Below, one piece after another: positions 42,566 to 52,323 of a DNA stretch of 64,000 nucleotides. The stretch comes from Opitutia bacterium (GTDB taxonomy: Bacteria; Verrucomicrobiota; Verrucomicrobiia; Opitutales; T3Sed10-336). The DNA lies in the NCBI GenBank assembly GCA_050506795.1, contig JBJHCF010000004.1, forward strand, positions 68,872 through 132,871, read 5' to 3'. Under the pieces are notes generated by a model that did not search any database, was not told the DNA's origin, and was given only the letters and a program-made list of their open reading frames with translations. Numbering within the stretch: position 1 is the first letter of the stretch; every line of letters begins with the position of its first letter. The position numbers and the translations under genes are program-made.

Positions 42566-42732
42566 GTGAAGACCGATAATGCCGCACCGGGACGGAAAGA
42601 CAAGGCTGGGAGGAGTGGGCGGTACAAATTTCGTATGAAGGCGTTCATTAATTGTAGGACGTTTAGTCTATCGTGGTTTTGTTAGGATTCTTATTAATTT
42701 GAAAAAGAAGGCCTTACGGATTCTGAGCAAAT

Positions 42733-42748
42733 TGGCCCGACACCGGCT
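42733..42748 (+). promoter_or_regulatory. candidate sigma-54 promoter (-24 GG / -12 GC)
   Basis: TGGCCCGACACCGGCT has GG-N10-GC spacing, but CGGC stands in place of TTGC. It lies ~75 nt upstream of ATG 42820 and is divergent from the bEBP gene. Confidence 0.25.
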
Positions 42749-42819
42749 ATAGGAACGTGTTCCGCCGGGAGATCCAGTACCCGGGAGGGAATTCTTCAAA
42801 ACCACAAAATGACTCTGCC

Positions 42820-45800
42820 ATGACTACGGAAAACACGGATAACCGATCCCTGACTCGGCTGCTGGCCGTCCAGACTCAGGTCGCGTTCAACGACAACGCG
42901 GCCAAATTGATGCTCATCCTCCTCGCGGGCGCGCCGGGGGTGCTCCCGCCCGAGTGGGTGGTGCCGGTGATCGGCACACTGACCGCGCTCTTGGTGGCCC
43001 CTTTTATTGGATTCTCACCTTTTGCCGGCTGGCTGGCGGACCGGTATTCCAAACGAACCGTCCTGCAGGCGGGTTTGGCCTTGCAGGTCGGAGTGATGGC
43101 CGCTTTGGGGGCCGTTTTGTACGTCGAAAGCATGGTGGGAGCGCTGGTTTGTTTCGGGTTCCTGGCGGTGCAGTCGGCGCTTTTTTCTCCGGCCAAGAGG
43201 GGTATCCTCAAGGAACTGGTCGGCTCGTCCCGGCTTTCGCTGGCGGTCGGTTGGATGGAGATGCTGACCATCGCCGCGATACTGATCGGGAGTCTGGGCG
43301 GGGCTCTGATGTTCGACTATTTCACGCGCGCCACGTCCGGTCCCTTTGCCGGGGCCTTTCTGGTGGCCTGCGTGCTTTTCGCGGCCTCGATCCTGGCCTG
43401 GTTTTTGTTCCAGGGGGTGGCTGCGACGCCGTCCCAGAGCCGGGAAGCCTATCGTCACCGTATCTGGTGGCGGCATCTTGCCGATCTGACCGAGCTTTGG
43501 CGCGACCGCCCGCTTTTTCGCGCGGGTCTGGGCGGCACCTGGTTTTTCAGCCTGGGCGGAGCCCTTTATCTGACCCTGACGCAGGTCGCGCGTGAAGCTT
43601 ACGGCGGCGATGCCGGAACCGGGGCGTTCACAGCGTTGATGCTGGGCCTGCTGGGCGTCGGAACGGTGGCGGGGCACCTCTCGGCCGGTTTGTTGTCGCG
43701 CGGCCGGGTCGAACTGGGGCTGGTCCCGATCGGTTGCCTCGGATTGGCCGCCGGCCTGGGTATTCTGGCCGCGGGAACGCCGGGGACGGTGTTTTTCAGC
43801 GCCGGTTTGCTCGGCCTTGGGTTTGCCGGCGGGCTTTTCCTGGTTCCGCTTTACGCCTATATCCAGGACCAGGCCGGCGATCATCGCCGCGGCCGGATTC
43901 TCGCCGCGGTGAATATCATGGAAAGCCTGGGCGGCCTGGCGGCCGCGGGCGCGTACGTTTTTATGGCGCGTTTCCTGGGATTGGATTCGTCGGGCCAGTT
44001 GTTCGTGATGCTGGGGGCAACGCTCCTGATCGGACTCTATCTCGTGCGCCTTTTGCCCGACAGTTTTGTCCGGGCGGTGGCGCGCTGCCTGGCGTTTCCC
44101 ATTTACCGGCTGCGGGTGCGGGGGCTGGAAAACCTGCCGCGCGAGGGTGGGGGAATCGTGATCGCCAATCACGTTTCGCAACTCGACGCCGTCATGTTGC
44201 AGTTCGCCTGCCCGCGTCAGCTGCATTTTATGGGGTTCGAGGGACTGCGGCGCTTTCGCTGGTTGCGTTGGGCGTTTCGGTTGTTCGCGGTCATTCCGGT
44301 TTCCGATCGTCGCGCGAAAGACGCCATCCGGGCCGCCGCCGAGCGCGCCGCGGCGGGCGAGCTGGTCTGCATCTTTCCGGAAGGTGCGATTTCGCGGACC
44401 GGAACCTTGCAGGAGTTGAAGCGGGGATTCGCACTCATGGCCCGGCAGTCGCGAACCCCGGTGTTTCCGGTCTATCTCGATTCGCTTTGGGGATCGATTT
44501 TTTCCTACCGCGGGGGCCGGCTGTTCTGGAAGCGTCCCCGCCGGTTTCCCTACCCGGTACACGTCCACTTCGGGGAACCGATTCCCTGGGAAGAGGCCTC
44601 GCCCAACCGCGCCCGGCAGGCATTGCTGGACCTTGGAGAGACGGCGTTTGGCGAACGCCCGGAACTGCGCCGTCACTTGGGCCGGGCCTGTGTGCGGGCG
44701 CTGGGACGGAAACCGTGGCGGGAGGCGTTTATCGATTGGACCGGTGATCGGCGCTCGGTTTCCCGGGGGAAACTTCTGGCGGTTTCCGTCGCGCTCAGCC
44801 GGAGGATTCGCGAAATGACGCCCGAACGCCGCGTCGGCATTGTCCTGCCGCCGGGAGCGGGCGGCGCCATCGCCAACCTGGCGGTGGTTTTGGCCGGGAA
44901 AATTCCGGTGAACCTGAACTTCACCGCGGGACGGGCGGCCATCGAATCCAGTTTGGACCGAGGAGAGATCGGTACCGTGCTTACCGCCGGGGCCATGAAA
45001 GCCAAGGTGGGGGACTTTCCCTGGCCGGCCAGGACTCTGGATATCGCTGAGGAAATCCGGTCCTGCGGGCGCGCGTCCATCGTCGCCTGGCTGGTAGCGA
45101 CGTGGATCCTGCCGGCGTCCGTCATGGCTTGGCGTTTAAACCTGCCGCGGCACGGCGATCATGACGAGGCCGGCCTGCTCTTCACCAGTGGCAGTTCCGG
45201 AGAACCCAAGGGCGTGGCGCTTACCCACCGCAACATTCTGGGCAACGTCGAGCAAATCGACGAAATGGGTGTGCTGCGGGATACGGATACCGTGCTGGGC
45301 TCCCTGCCGCTTTTCCACAGCTTCGGGTTCACCGTGACCCTCTGGTGCGCGATTCTTAAGGGCGTTCGGGTCGCCACCGTGCCTTCGCCGCTCGATGCCC
45401 GCCGGATCGCGCGGGTGATCGGTGAGGAAGGAGCGACGGTGCATGTCGGCACGCCGACTTTTCTGCGCATGCTGATGCGTCAGGCCGAACCGGACCAGTT
45501 GCGCTCCCTCCGCCTGGTGATTTCCGGCGCGGAGAAGTTGTCCGACGAATTGGCCGCGGCCTTTCGCGAGCGTTTCGGGGTATCCGTTCTGCAGGGTTAC
45601 GGGCTCACCGAAACCAGTCCGGTGGCGGCGGTCAATGTTCCGGATCCCGAGCGTCCGCGCGTCAGCATGGGAAGGCATCTGGGACAAAAACCCGGCGCCG
45701 TCGGCCGGCTTGCTCCCGGCATGACCGCTCGTATTGTTTCGGCCGATACGGGGAAGGAACTTCCTCTCGGCGAACCGGGAATTCTTCGGCTGAAAGGAGT

Positions 45801-46281
45801 GAATGTGTTTTCCGGATACCTCGGCGACGAGGAGAGCACACGGGATTGTTTTGACCGGGAGTGGTTCGTCACCGGGGATATCGCCCGCATCGACAAAGAC
45901 GGATTTGTCTTTATCGAGGGCCGCCTTTCGCGGTTCTCGAAAATCGGCGGCGAAATGGTGCCGCATACGCTGGTGGAGGAAAAAATCGTGGCGGCCCTGG
46001 AACTGGAGGATCGCGAAGAGCCCGCGGTGGCGGTGACCGGGGTTTCGGATCCGTCGAAAGGGGAGGCGCTCGTCCTGCTCAGCGCGATCGAAGTGAGCGT
46101 CGATACCCTGCGCCGCAAACTGGGGGAACACGGCTTTCCCAATCTTTGGATTCCCAGGATCATACGGCGGGTGGACCGCATCCCCTTGCTCGGTTCCGGC
46201 AAGCTGGACCTCAAATCCTGCCGCAACATGGCACTCGGCGGGACCACGACCCCGGCGATCGCCGCAGCGACGGGCGGGTAG
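42820..46281 (+). CDS. fused lysophospholipid transporter (MFS, LplT-like), acyltransferase (PlsC-like) and acyl-ACP synthetase (Aas-like)
   Basis: The N-terminal ~400 aa are multi-TM MFS. The acyltransferase HX4D motif is NHVSQLD, with FPEGAISRTG downstream. The AMP-binding motif is LFTSGSSGEPKGV and the C-terminus has GSGKLD. The start is taken at ATG 42820. Confidence 0.85.
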   Translation: MTTENTDNRSLTRLLAVQTQVAFNDNAAKLMLILLAGAPGVLPPEWVVPVIGTLTALLVAPFIGFSPFAGWLADRYSKRTVLQAGLALQVGVMAALGAVLYVESMVGALVCFGFLAVQSALFSPAKRGILKELVGSSRLSLAVGWMEMLTIAAILIGSLGGALMFDYFTRATSGPFAGAFLVACVLFAASILAWFLFQGVAATPSQSREAYRHRIWWRHLADLTELWRDRPLFRAGLGGTWFFSLGGALYLTLTQVAREAYGGDAGTGAFTALMLGLLGVGTVAGHLSAGLLSRGRVELGLVPIGCLGLAAGLGILAAGTPGTVFFSAGLLGLGFAGGLFLVPLYAYIQDQAGDHRRGRILAAVNIMESLGGLAAAGAYVFMARFLGLDSSGQLFVMLGATLLIGLYLVRLLPDSFVRAVARCLAFPIYRLRVRGLENLPREGGGIVIANHVSQLDAVMLQFACPRQLHFMGFEGLRRFRWLRWAFRLFAVIPVSDRRAKDAIRAAAERAAAGELVCIFPEGAISRTGTLQELKRGFALMARQSRTPVFPVYLDSLWGSIFSYRGGRLFWKRPRRFPYPVHVHFGEPIPWEEASPNRARQALLDLGETAFGERPELRRHLGRACVRALGRKPWREAFIDWTGDRRSVSRGKLLAVSVALSRRIREMTPERRVGIVLPPGAGGAIANLAVVLAGKIPVNLNFTAGRAAIESSLDRGEIGTVLTAGAMKAKVGDFPWPARTLDIAEEIRSCGRASIVAWLVATWILPASVMAWRLNLPRHGDHDEAGLLFTSGSSGEPKGVALTHRNILGNVEQIDEMGVLRDTDTVLGSLPLFHSFGFTVTLWCAILKGVRVATVPSPLDARRIARVIGEEGATVHVGTPTFLRMLMRQAEPDQLRSLRLVISGAEKLSDELAAAFRERFGVSVLQGYGLTETSPVAAVNVPDPERPRVSMGRHLGQKPGAVGRLAPGMTARIVSADTGKELPLGEPGILRLKGVNVFSGYLGDEESTRDCFDREWFVTGDIARIDKDGFVFIEGRLSRFSKIGGEMVPHTLVEEKIVAALELEDREEPAVAVTGVSDPSKGEALVLLSAIEVSVDTLRRKLGEHGFPNLWIPRIIRRVDRIPLLGSGKLDLKSCRNMALGGTTTPAIAAATGG

Positions 46282-46298
46282 AGCTACCAATCAAGAGT

Positions 46299-46328
46299 GG
46301 AGGGCGGCGCTCCTGCGCCGCCGCCTCC
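46299..46328. repeat. GC-rich hairpin repeat module (family member)
   Basis: GGAGGGCGGCGC-TCCT-GCGCCGCCGCCTCC. Nearly the same sequence is found at 49357-49383. Confidence 0.7.
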
Positions 46329-46374
46329 CGTTCTGGCGGATTTGCCCAACCGGTCGGAGTCGCAACCAATCGGC

Positions 46375-46548
46375 TCAATCACTACTGCGGCGGTGTTGCC
46401 GCCAGTTGTTGCGGTACTTGCGGATCCAGTCGAGCAGGGCACGCTCAAAACCGATGTCGCGCCCTGCTTTCTCGGACTCAATCCACTTGTGCTTTAGGAT
46501 TTCCTCACGCTCGGCGAGAAACTCCCGGTAAAGGTTGGAGTGAGCCAT
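46375..46548 (-). CDS. small protein with an HKWxESExxGxDxG motif (DUF4032-like tail)
   Basis: MAHSNLYREFLAEREEILKHKWIESEKAGRDIGFERALLDWIRKYRNNW. The start is taken at the internal ATG 46548. Confidence 0.5.
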   Translation of the reverse strand: MAHSNLYREFLAEREEILKHKWIESEKAGRDIGFERALLDWIRKYRNNWRQHRRSSD

Positions 46549-46759
46549 AAAGGGCTCCGCTGTCGGAGCGGAAGTCGTGTGATTTTGAGTGCGGTCACCC
46601 TTCATACTAAGTGGCGGAATATGAAACCCTTGATTATCTTTTCAGAAAAAAGTGCGACATTCAATATCAAACGAAGCTTTTCATTCCGAATATGCGTTTG
46701 TAAGGCGACCGAAGTGGTAACATTACAGTGCGATACATTACGGGTGGTGATGAGGAATG

Positions 46760-47854
46760 TCAACCCAGTGTCTGGAGGATCTTGTCGGCGATGGCAAAGA
46801 ACGCGGCGGCCTCCTTGCCCTCCGGGTCCGCGATGACGATCGGAATGCCATTGTCCCCGGCTTCCCGGATACCGGGGTGCAGGGGAACCTGACCGAGAAA
46901 GGCGGTTTCCAAGTCCTCCGCCGTGCGCTGCCCGCCGCCTTCCCCGAAGATCGCGGTGCGGACGCCGGTCGCCGGATCCTCGAGGTAGCTCATGTTTTCA
47001 GCCACCCCAAGCAGGGGAACGTTGACCTTGTCGAACATGCGGGCGCCCTTTCGCGCCACGTTTACGGCGGCGGGTTGGGGAGTGGTGACAATGACAGCGC
47101 CGTCGAGAGGAATCGTTTGCACCAGAGACAAATGGGCATCGCCGGTGCCGGGGGGGAGATCGACCACCAGCAAATCCAAATCGCCCCAGTCGACGTTCTG
47201 GGCGAACTGTTGAATGGTTTTCATGATCATGGGTCCGCGCCAAACCACCGGGCTGTCGTCGTCCACCAGAAGCCCCATCGACATCACCTTGATGCCGAAG
47301 TTTTCCAGGGGGAGAATGGTGTTGTCGACCACCTCGGGTCGGCCGCGGATACCGATCATCAGCGGGACGCTGGGGCCGTAGATGTCGCAGTCCATGATAC
47401 CCACCCCGTGGGTGCCACCCCGTTCCCTAAGTCGCTGCTCCAGCGCGCAGGCCAGATTAACGGCGAACGTTGATTTGCCCACGCCGCCTTTGCCGCTGGC
47501 GACGGCGATGGCCCTTTTGACCCCCCTGATCGGGGTCTGACCGCTCATGGGCGAACCGCCGGCCGCCGGCTGCTGTTTCGGTTGAGTAACCGCAACTTCG
47601 ACGTTCACCCCGTTTACACCGTCAATGGCGCCGAGTTTCTCCTCGACCTCTCGTTTGATCTGCGCCGGCACTTTCGGGTCCGCCGTGGTTACGGCGAGCT
47701 GCACGGCGGCGATCCCGTCGTTCAGGTCGAGCCCGCGAATCAACCCGAAGGAAACAATGTCGCGGCTGAACCCCGGGTAATTAATGGTCTTGAGTGCGTT
47801 TTGTATGGCTTGCAATGACACGGATTTGGCCCGGTTTCGGTTGGAAATGGCCAT
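46760..47854 (-). CDS. apbC: Mrp/ApbC-family Fe-S cluster carrier ATPase with an N-terminal DUF59 domain
   Basis: The deviant Walker A is SGKGGVGKSTFAVNLA, followed by DLPPGTGD. The DUF59-like N-terminus reads INYPGFSRDIVSFGLI. Confidence 0.9.
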   Translation of the reverse strand: MAISNRNRAKSVSLQAIQNALKTINYPGFSRDIVSFGLIRGLDLNDGIAAVQLAVTTADPKVPAQIKREVEEKLGAIDGVNGVNVEVAVTQPKQQPAAGGSPMSGQTPIRGVKRAIAVASGKGGVGKSTFAVNLACALEQRLRERGGTHGVGIMDCDIYGPSVPLMIGIRGRPEVVDNTILPLENFGIKVMSMGLLVDDDSPVVWRGPMIMKTIQQFAQNVDWGDLDLLVVDLPPGTGDAHLSLVQTIPLDGAVIVTTPQPAAVNVARKGARMFDKVNVPLLGVAENMSYLEDPATGVRTAIFGEGGGQRTAEDLETAFLGQVPLHPGIREAGDNGIPIVIADPEGKEAAAFFAIADKILQTLG

Positions 47855-47894
47855 CTTCGGTACCTGTGCCGTCGAGGTCAATACCACTCACTTT

Positions 47895-47950
47895 AAATCT
47901 GAAATTTGAAATCTGGAATTTGAAATTTGAAAGCTGAGACCTGAGATTTC
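47895..47950. repeat. four tandem ~14-bp AT-rich repeats in a divergent promoter region
   Basis: AAATCTGAAATTTG / AAATCTGGAATTTG / AAATTTGAAAGCTG / AGACCTGAGATTTC, degenerating from left to right. They lie between the apbC start (47854) and the tolB start. Confidence 0.75.
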
Positions 47951-48043
47951 CACCCGGTCCTGCCGATTTCCAGATCGGTGGTTGCCTTGTCCCGAAAGGC
48001 CGTTTTAAGAGAAATGGATTTATCGAAAGCAATGTGCCGAATC

Positions 48044-49255
48044 ATGTGTAAATCTTTTGTTTTCCTCCTTTCCGCCGTCGCTTTCGCGATCGCGGCCGTC
48101 GACCTCCGCGGACAGGGGCGCCAGGTGCAAATCGACGACATTGTGGCGCGTGGTGAGCGGGTGTTCAGCGTCGACGTGGTTTCCAATGATGAGAACCTGC
48201 GGAATCTCCTGAGACGGGCCTTTCGCACCCACGGCCAGTTCTCCCTGGCCGAGAATCGAAGCCGGGCGGACTTTGTGTTCGAGGTGGTCGTGCAGGGTGA
48301 GAACCGGGTCCGGCTGCGAATTCAGTCCGGATCGCCGTTGCAGACGCTGCACGAGGAATCGGTGAGCGGCGATACCGTCAGGCAGGCGGCCTTGCGGGCC
48401 GGCGATGTGGCGGTCAGACGCACCACCGGCCTCCCGGGGTATTTTTCCGGACGGTTGACCTTCATCGGTCAGCAAAGCGGTCACCGGGAGGTTTACATGT
48501 CGGACCTTTTTTTGGGAGAGCGACGTCAGCTTACCACCGACCGCTCAAAGTCTGTGAGTCCACGTTGGTCGCCGGACGGACGCCGGATCATCTACACCGG
48601 TTATTACCGGTCGGGATTTCCGGATATTTTTGTGATCGACACCGCCGGCATGCGCCGGACCCCGCTGGTGACCTTTCGCGGCACCAACACCGGGGCCCGT
48701 TTCAGTCCCGACGGCAGTCGCATTTCCATGGTGCTCTCGGGTGAAGGCACTCCCGAGGTCTACGTGGCGGACTCCTCCGCCCGCAATGCGCGCCGGTTGA
48801 CCCGCACCGGGGGCAGCGTGCAGTCCTCGCCGACCTGGTCGCCCAACGGGCGGGAGCTGATTTTTGTTTCCGACCGTGACGGCCGGCCGCAGCTTTACCG
48901 GATGACGGCCGAGGGAGAGAATATGCGGCGCATTCCCACCGACATCAGTCGCTACTGCGCCGAACCCGACTGGAACCCGGTGAATCCCAACCAAATCGCG
49001 TTCACCGCCGCGGTGGCCGGACGATTCGCGGTGGCGGTGTATGACTTTTCCACCCGGCAGAGTCGTTTCGTGACCCAGGGGCCGCAGGACGCGATCGAGC
49101 CGCGCTGGACCAACGACGGAAGGCACCTGATCTACACCTTGCGCAGCGCGAATCAGGAGGTATTGGCCATCCTGGATACCGTGACCGGCAAATCGACTCC
49201 GTTGAGCGATGGCAGCCTGGGCCGACTTTCCCAGGCCGACTTCCTGATGCCCTAG
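48044..49255 (+). CDS. tolB: TolB-like beta-propeller periplasmic protein
   Basis: The signal peptide is MCKSFVFLLSAVAFAIAAV. WD40-like repeats include SPRWSPDGRRIIY, ARFSPDGSRI and SPTWSPNGRELIFVSDRDG. The start is ambiguous among ATGs at 48014, 48032 and 48044. Confidence 0.85.
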   Translation: MCKSFVFLLSAVAFAIAAVDLRGQGRQVQIDDIVARGERVFSVDVVSNDENLRNLLRRAFRTHGQFSLAENRSRADFVFEVVVQGENRVRLRIQSGSPLQTLHEESVSGDTVRQAALRAGDVAVRRTTGLPGYFSGRLTFIGQQSGHREVYMSDLFLGERRQLTTDRSKSVSPRWSPDGRRIIYTGYYRSGFPDIFVIDTAGMRRTPLVTFRGTNTGARFSPDGSRISMVLSGEGTPEVYVADSSARNARRLTRTGGSVQSSPTWSPNGRELIFVSDRDGRPQLYRMTAEGENMRRIPTDISRYCAEPDWNPVNPNQIAFTAAVAGRFAVAVYDFSTRQSRFVTQGPQDAIEPRWTNDGRHLIYTLRSANQEVLAILDTVTGKSTPLSDGSLGRLSQADFLMP

Positions 49256-49442
49256 GAGTCTGTCGGGCTTCGCCGACAGCCTCCTGGTCCAAATCCGACT
49301 CGGATGATGCGGTCCATTGTTGGAGAAACCGAATCGAAATCGCGCCTCAGCTTACTGGAGGGCGGCGCTCCCGCGCCGCCGCCGTGATACAGGCATTCCT
49401 GCCTGTCAATCTCGCGCGGCCATGCGGGGCATGGCCTTCCAG
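49255..49442. repeat. array of GC-rich hairpin repeat modules
   Basis: GGAGTCTGTCGG-GCTTCG-CCGACAGCCTCC lies at 49255-49284. Then come GGCGGCGC-TCCC-GCGCCGCC (49361-80), ACAGGCA-TTCC-TGCCTGT (49389-406) and GGCCATGC-GGG-GCATGGCC (49418-36). These last three are bracketed by CTGGAG (49355-60) and TTCCAG (49437-42). Confidence 0.75.
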
Positions 49443-49460
49443 AGGAAGATCATAAAAAAA

Positions 49461-49493
49461 AGCGGGCCGCGTCTGAACGCGGCCCGCTTTTTT
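49461..49493. terminator. bidirectional rho-independent terminator between convergent tolB and sod
   Basis: AGCGGGCCGCG-TCTGAA-CGCGGCCCGCT is flanked by A8 on the left and T6 on the right. Confidence 0.85.
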
Positions 49494-49499
49494 GTCGGT

Positions 49500-50117
49500 T
49501 TATCCGAAGTTCTTTTCCGCCTGATCCCAATCGACGACGTTCCAGAAAGCGGCGATGTAGTCGGGCCGCCGGTTCTGGTAATTGAGATAGTAGGCGTGCT
49601 CCCACACGTCGAGCCCGATGATTGGTTTGCCCGGGCAATCCACCAGGCCCTTCATCAACGGAGAATCCTGGTTGGCGGTGGAGCAGATGCAAAGGGAGCC
49701 ATCGTCCTTTTTGCAGAGCCACGCCCAGCCGCTGCCGAATCGGCCGACGGCGGCATCGGCGAACTGTTTCTTGAAATCGTCGAAGCTTCCGAAAGCCTGG
49801 TCGATGGCGTCGGCCAAATTGCCCTTGGGAGCGCCGCCGCCTTTGGGCGAGAGGATGGTCCAGAAAAAGCGGTGGTTGGAATGACCGCCGGCGTTGTTGC
49901 GTAGCGCGGTCCGGATCTTTTCCGGCGCCTGGGAAAGGTCGGCGATCAGTTCATCGACGTCTTTCGAAGCCAGCTCAGGGGCGGATTCGAGCGCGGCGTT
50001 CGCCTTGTCCACGTAGGTTTTGTGGTGCTTGGAGTGATGGATTTCCATCGTCTTCGCATCGATGTGCGGCTCCAGCGCGTTATAGTCGTAGTCGAGTTTC
50101 GGGAGTTCGTAGGCCAT
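49500..50117 (-). CDS. Fe/Mn superoxide dismutase
   Basis: Motifs seen are [22 protein letters not shown] and DVWEHAYYL. Confidence 0.95.
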   Translation of the reverse strand: MAYELPKLDYDYNALEPHIDAKTMEIHHSKHHKTYVDKANAALESAPELASKDVDELIADLSQAPEKIRTALRNNAGGHSNHRFFWTILSPKGGGAPKGNLADAIDQAFGSFDDFKKQFADAAVGRFGSGWAWLCKKDDGSLCICSTANQDSPLMKGLVDCPGKPIIGLDVWEHAYYLNYQNRRPDYIAAFWNVVDWDQAEKNFG

Positions 50118-50167
50118 AGTCATTTCCTTCTGTTGAGATTAGTTTCGAATGTACAGGTAAACTTTGC

Positions 50168-50716
50168 TTACTCAGGGGATTCCGTTTCGTCAACCGCTGA
50201 CGGAAGGGAATTTCGCTTTTCCCGGAAGAACGCCTGCAGCAATTGCCGGCATTCCGGCTCCAGAATACCTCGGGTGATGGAGAAATGGTGATTGATCGTC
50301 GGAATGCCGTTGAGATCGGTCACCCCGCCCAGACAACCCATCCTGGGGTCGGGTACGGCGTAAACCACACGGGCCAGCCGCGACATCAGTGCGGCTCCGG
50401 AACACATGGGGCAGGGCTCCTTGGTCACAAAAAGGGTGGCTCCGTTCAGGCGCCAGTCTCCCAGGGCGCGCGAGGCCTGAGTGAGAGCGAGCATTTCGGC
50501 GTGGGCGGTGGGGTCGCCGGTGGACTCGACCTCGTTGTGGGCGGCCGCGATCGGCTCGCCGCCGTATTCGATCACGGCTCCGATGGGAACCTCATCGCGC
50601 CGCCAGCCGTCGATGGCCTGATTGTAGGCCAGAGTCATAAAAAAGGCGTCGTCGCGCAGCAACTGGGACGGAAAGCGCTTGGGAAACGGACAATCGTTGG
50701 CGGAATCACGCATCAT
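50168..50716 (-). CDS. tadA: tRNA adenosine(34) deaminase
   Basis: HAEMLAL and PCPMCSGA zinc-binding motifs. Confidence 0.9.
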   Translation of the reverse strand: MMRDSANDCPFPKRFPSQLLRDDAFFMTLAYNQAIDGWRRDEVPIGAVIEYGGEPIAAAHNEVESTGDPTAHAEMLALTQASRALGDWRLNGATLFVTKEPCPMCSGAALMSRLARVVYAVPDPRMGCLGGVTDLNGIPTINHHFSITRGILEPECRQLLQAFFREKRNSLPSAVDETESPE

Positions 50717-50842
50717 GGACCGTTCTCGTCCTGCCGAATTGGCGTTGACTTTGAATTCGAGAGCTCATCATACACGTTTTAACTGGATTTTTATGCGGCT
50801 ATGTCCATATTATTCCAGGTTTACGTAGTTCAGACATCATTT

Positions 50843-51133
50843 ATGGCAGAAAATCAATCGATCGAAGTAGAAGGCAAGATAGTGGCGGTGCTTCCGGGGA
50901 CCATGTTTCGGGTTCAGCTCAAGAACGACCACGTGGTCCTGGCTCATATCTCAGGAAAGCTGCGCAAGCATTTCATCAAAATCACCACCGGCGATTTCGT
51001 GAAGATGGAGATGAGCCCCTACGATCTGGATAAAGCCCGCATCACCTACCGTCTGAAAAACGCCAACGCCCAGCAGCGCAACGCCCCCATTCGCAGTTAC
51101 GGTCCCCGCGGTTCCCGTCCCAAGAAGCGCTGA
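50843..51133 (+). CDS. infA: translation initiation factor IF-1 with a basic C-terminal extension
   Basis: The S1-like core reads [64 protein letters not shown]. It is followed by ~24 extra residues, [26 protein letters not shown]. Confidence 0.9.
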   Translation: MAENQSIEVEGKIVAVLPGTMFRVQLKNDHVVLAHISGKLRKHFIKITTGDFVKMEMSPYDLDKARITYRLKNANAQQRNAPIRSYGPRGSRPKKR

Positions 51134-51235
51134 TTTTCCCTTTCACTCTACCTTCCCCGGCCGATCCCCGCGGCCAATGTCAATTGCCGGCGGCTTGACT
51201 TCCACCGGTGTTGCTCGAAACAATCCGGACCAATT

Positions 51236-52183
51236 ATGGCATCTATTTTTCCTGATATCGTCTCCACCGTGGGTAACACCCCCTTGGTCAAATTGAACCG
51301 GATCGCGGCCAATCTGGATGCCGAGGTGTACCTGAAGTGCGAATTCTTCAATCCCTTGGCCAGCGTAAAGGACCGGATTGGTTATGCCATGATCGACGCC
51401 GGGGAAAAGGACGGGTTGATTAAGGAGGATACCATCATCGTCGAACCGACCTCCGGCAACACCGGCATCGCCCTGGCCTTTGTCTGCGCGGCCAAGGGTC
51501 TGCGTCTGATTCTCACCATGCCCGAAACCATGTCCATCGAGCGGCGGGTGCTGCTGCGCATGCTGGGGGCGGAAATTGTGCTCACGCCCGGGAGCGAGGG
51601 TATGCCCGGAGCCGTGCGCCGGGCGCGGGAGATTCTCGAAGAGCAAAAGGAGCACGGGTTTATGCCACAGCAATTTGAAAACCCGGCCAACCCCGAAATC
51701 CATCGCCGGACGACCGCCGAGGAAATCTGGGCCGCCACCCAGGGCGAAATCGACGTCTTTGTTTCCGGGGTCGGCACCGGCGGCACGATTACCGGGGTTT
51801 CGGAAGTGATCAAGAAACGGCGGAACCTCATCAGTATCGCGGTCGAGCCCGAAGCCAGCCCCGTGATCTCCGGCGGCAATCCCGGCCCTCACAAAATTCA
51901 GGGCATCGGCGCGGGTTTTATCCCCAAGAATCTGAACACCGACATTATCGACGAAGTGATCCAGGTCTCCAACGAAAATGCCCTGGAAACAGCCCGCGAA
52001 CTCGCTCTCACCGATGGCATCCTCGGCGGTATTTCCACCGGCGCCAACACCTGGGCCGCCTTGCAGGTCGCCCGGCGCCCGGAGATGGCGGGCAAAAAGA
52101 TCGTCACCGTCGCTTGCAGCTTCGGCGAACGTTACCTGAGCACGCTCCTGGCGGAAAAAGCACGCCAGGAAGTCACCATCTGA
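51236..52183 (+). CDS. cysK: cysteine synthase A (O-acetylserine sulfhydrylase)
   Basis: The PLP-lysine motif is [11 protein letters not shown]. Also present are [12 protein letters not shown] and [10 protein letters not shown]. Confidence 0.95.
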   Translation: MASIFPDIVSTVGNTPLVKLNRIAANLDAEVYLKCEFFNPLASVKDRIGYAMIDAGEKDGLIKEDTIIVEPTSGNTGIALAFVCAAKGLRLILTMPETMSIERRVLLRMLGAEIVLTPGSEGMPGAVRRAREILEEQKEHGFMPQQFENPANPEIHRRTTAEEIWAATQGEIDVFVSGVGTGGTITGVSEVIKKRRNLISIAVEPEASPVISGGNPGPHKIQGIGAGFIPKNLNTDIIDEVIQVSNENALETARELALTDGILGGISTGANTWAALQVARRPEMAGKKIVTVACSFGERYLSTLLAEKARQEVTI

Positions 52184-52194
52184 CCGCACTCCCA

Positions 52195-52320
52195 AAGCCG
52201 CCGCCCCGGCAACGGCGGAGCGTTGCCCTCCACAAAACGCTGGAGGGCCATGCTCCGGCATGGCCGCCGCCGGGAACGCGGGCATCTTGCCCGCTCACGC
52301 ATGGCCGCCGCCGAACCGGC
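52195..52320. repeat. array of GC-rich hairpin repeat modules
   Basis: It contains the 34-mer CCGGCAACGGCGGAGCGTTGCCCTCCACAAAACG (52206-52239), which is identical to 56897-56930. Then come GGCCATGC-TCCG-GCATGGCC and GCGGGCA-TCT-TGCCCGC, and GCATGGCCGCCGCC occurs twice. Confidence 0.8.
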
Positions 52321-52323
52321 GGT

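Noticed and set aside
47895-47950. The tandem repeats as a CRISPR array.
   Set aside because: The units are 14 bp, contiguous with no spacers, and degenerate. No cas genes are present. No CRISPR array was seen anywhere in the window.
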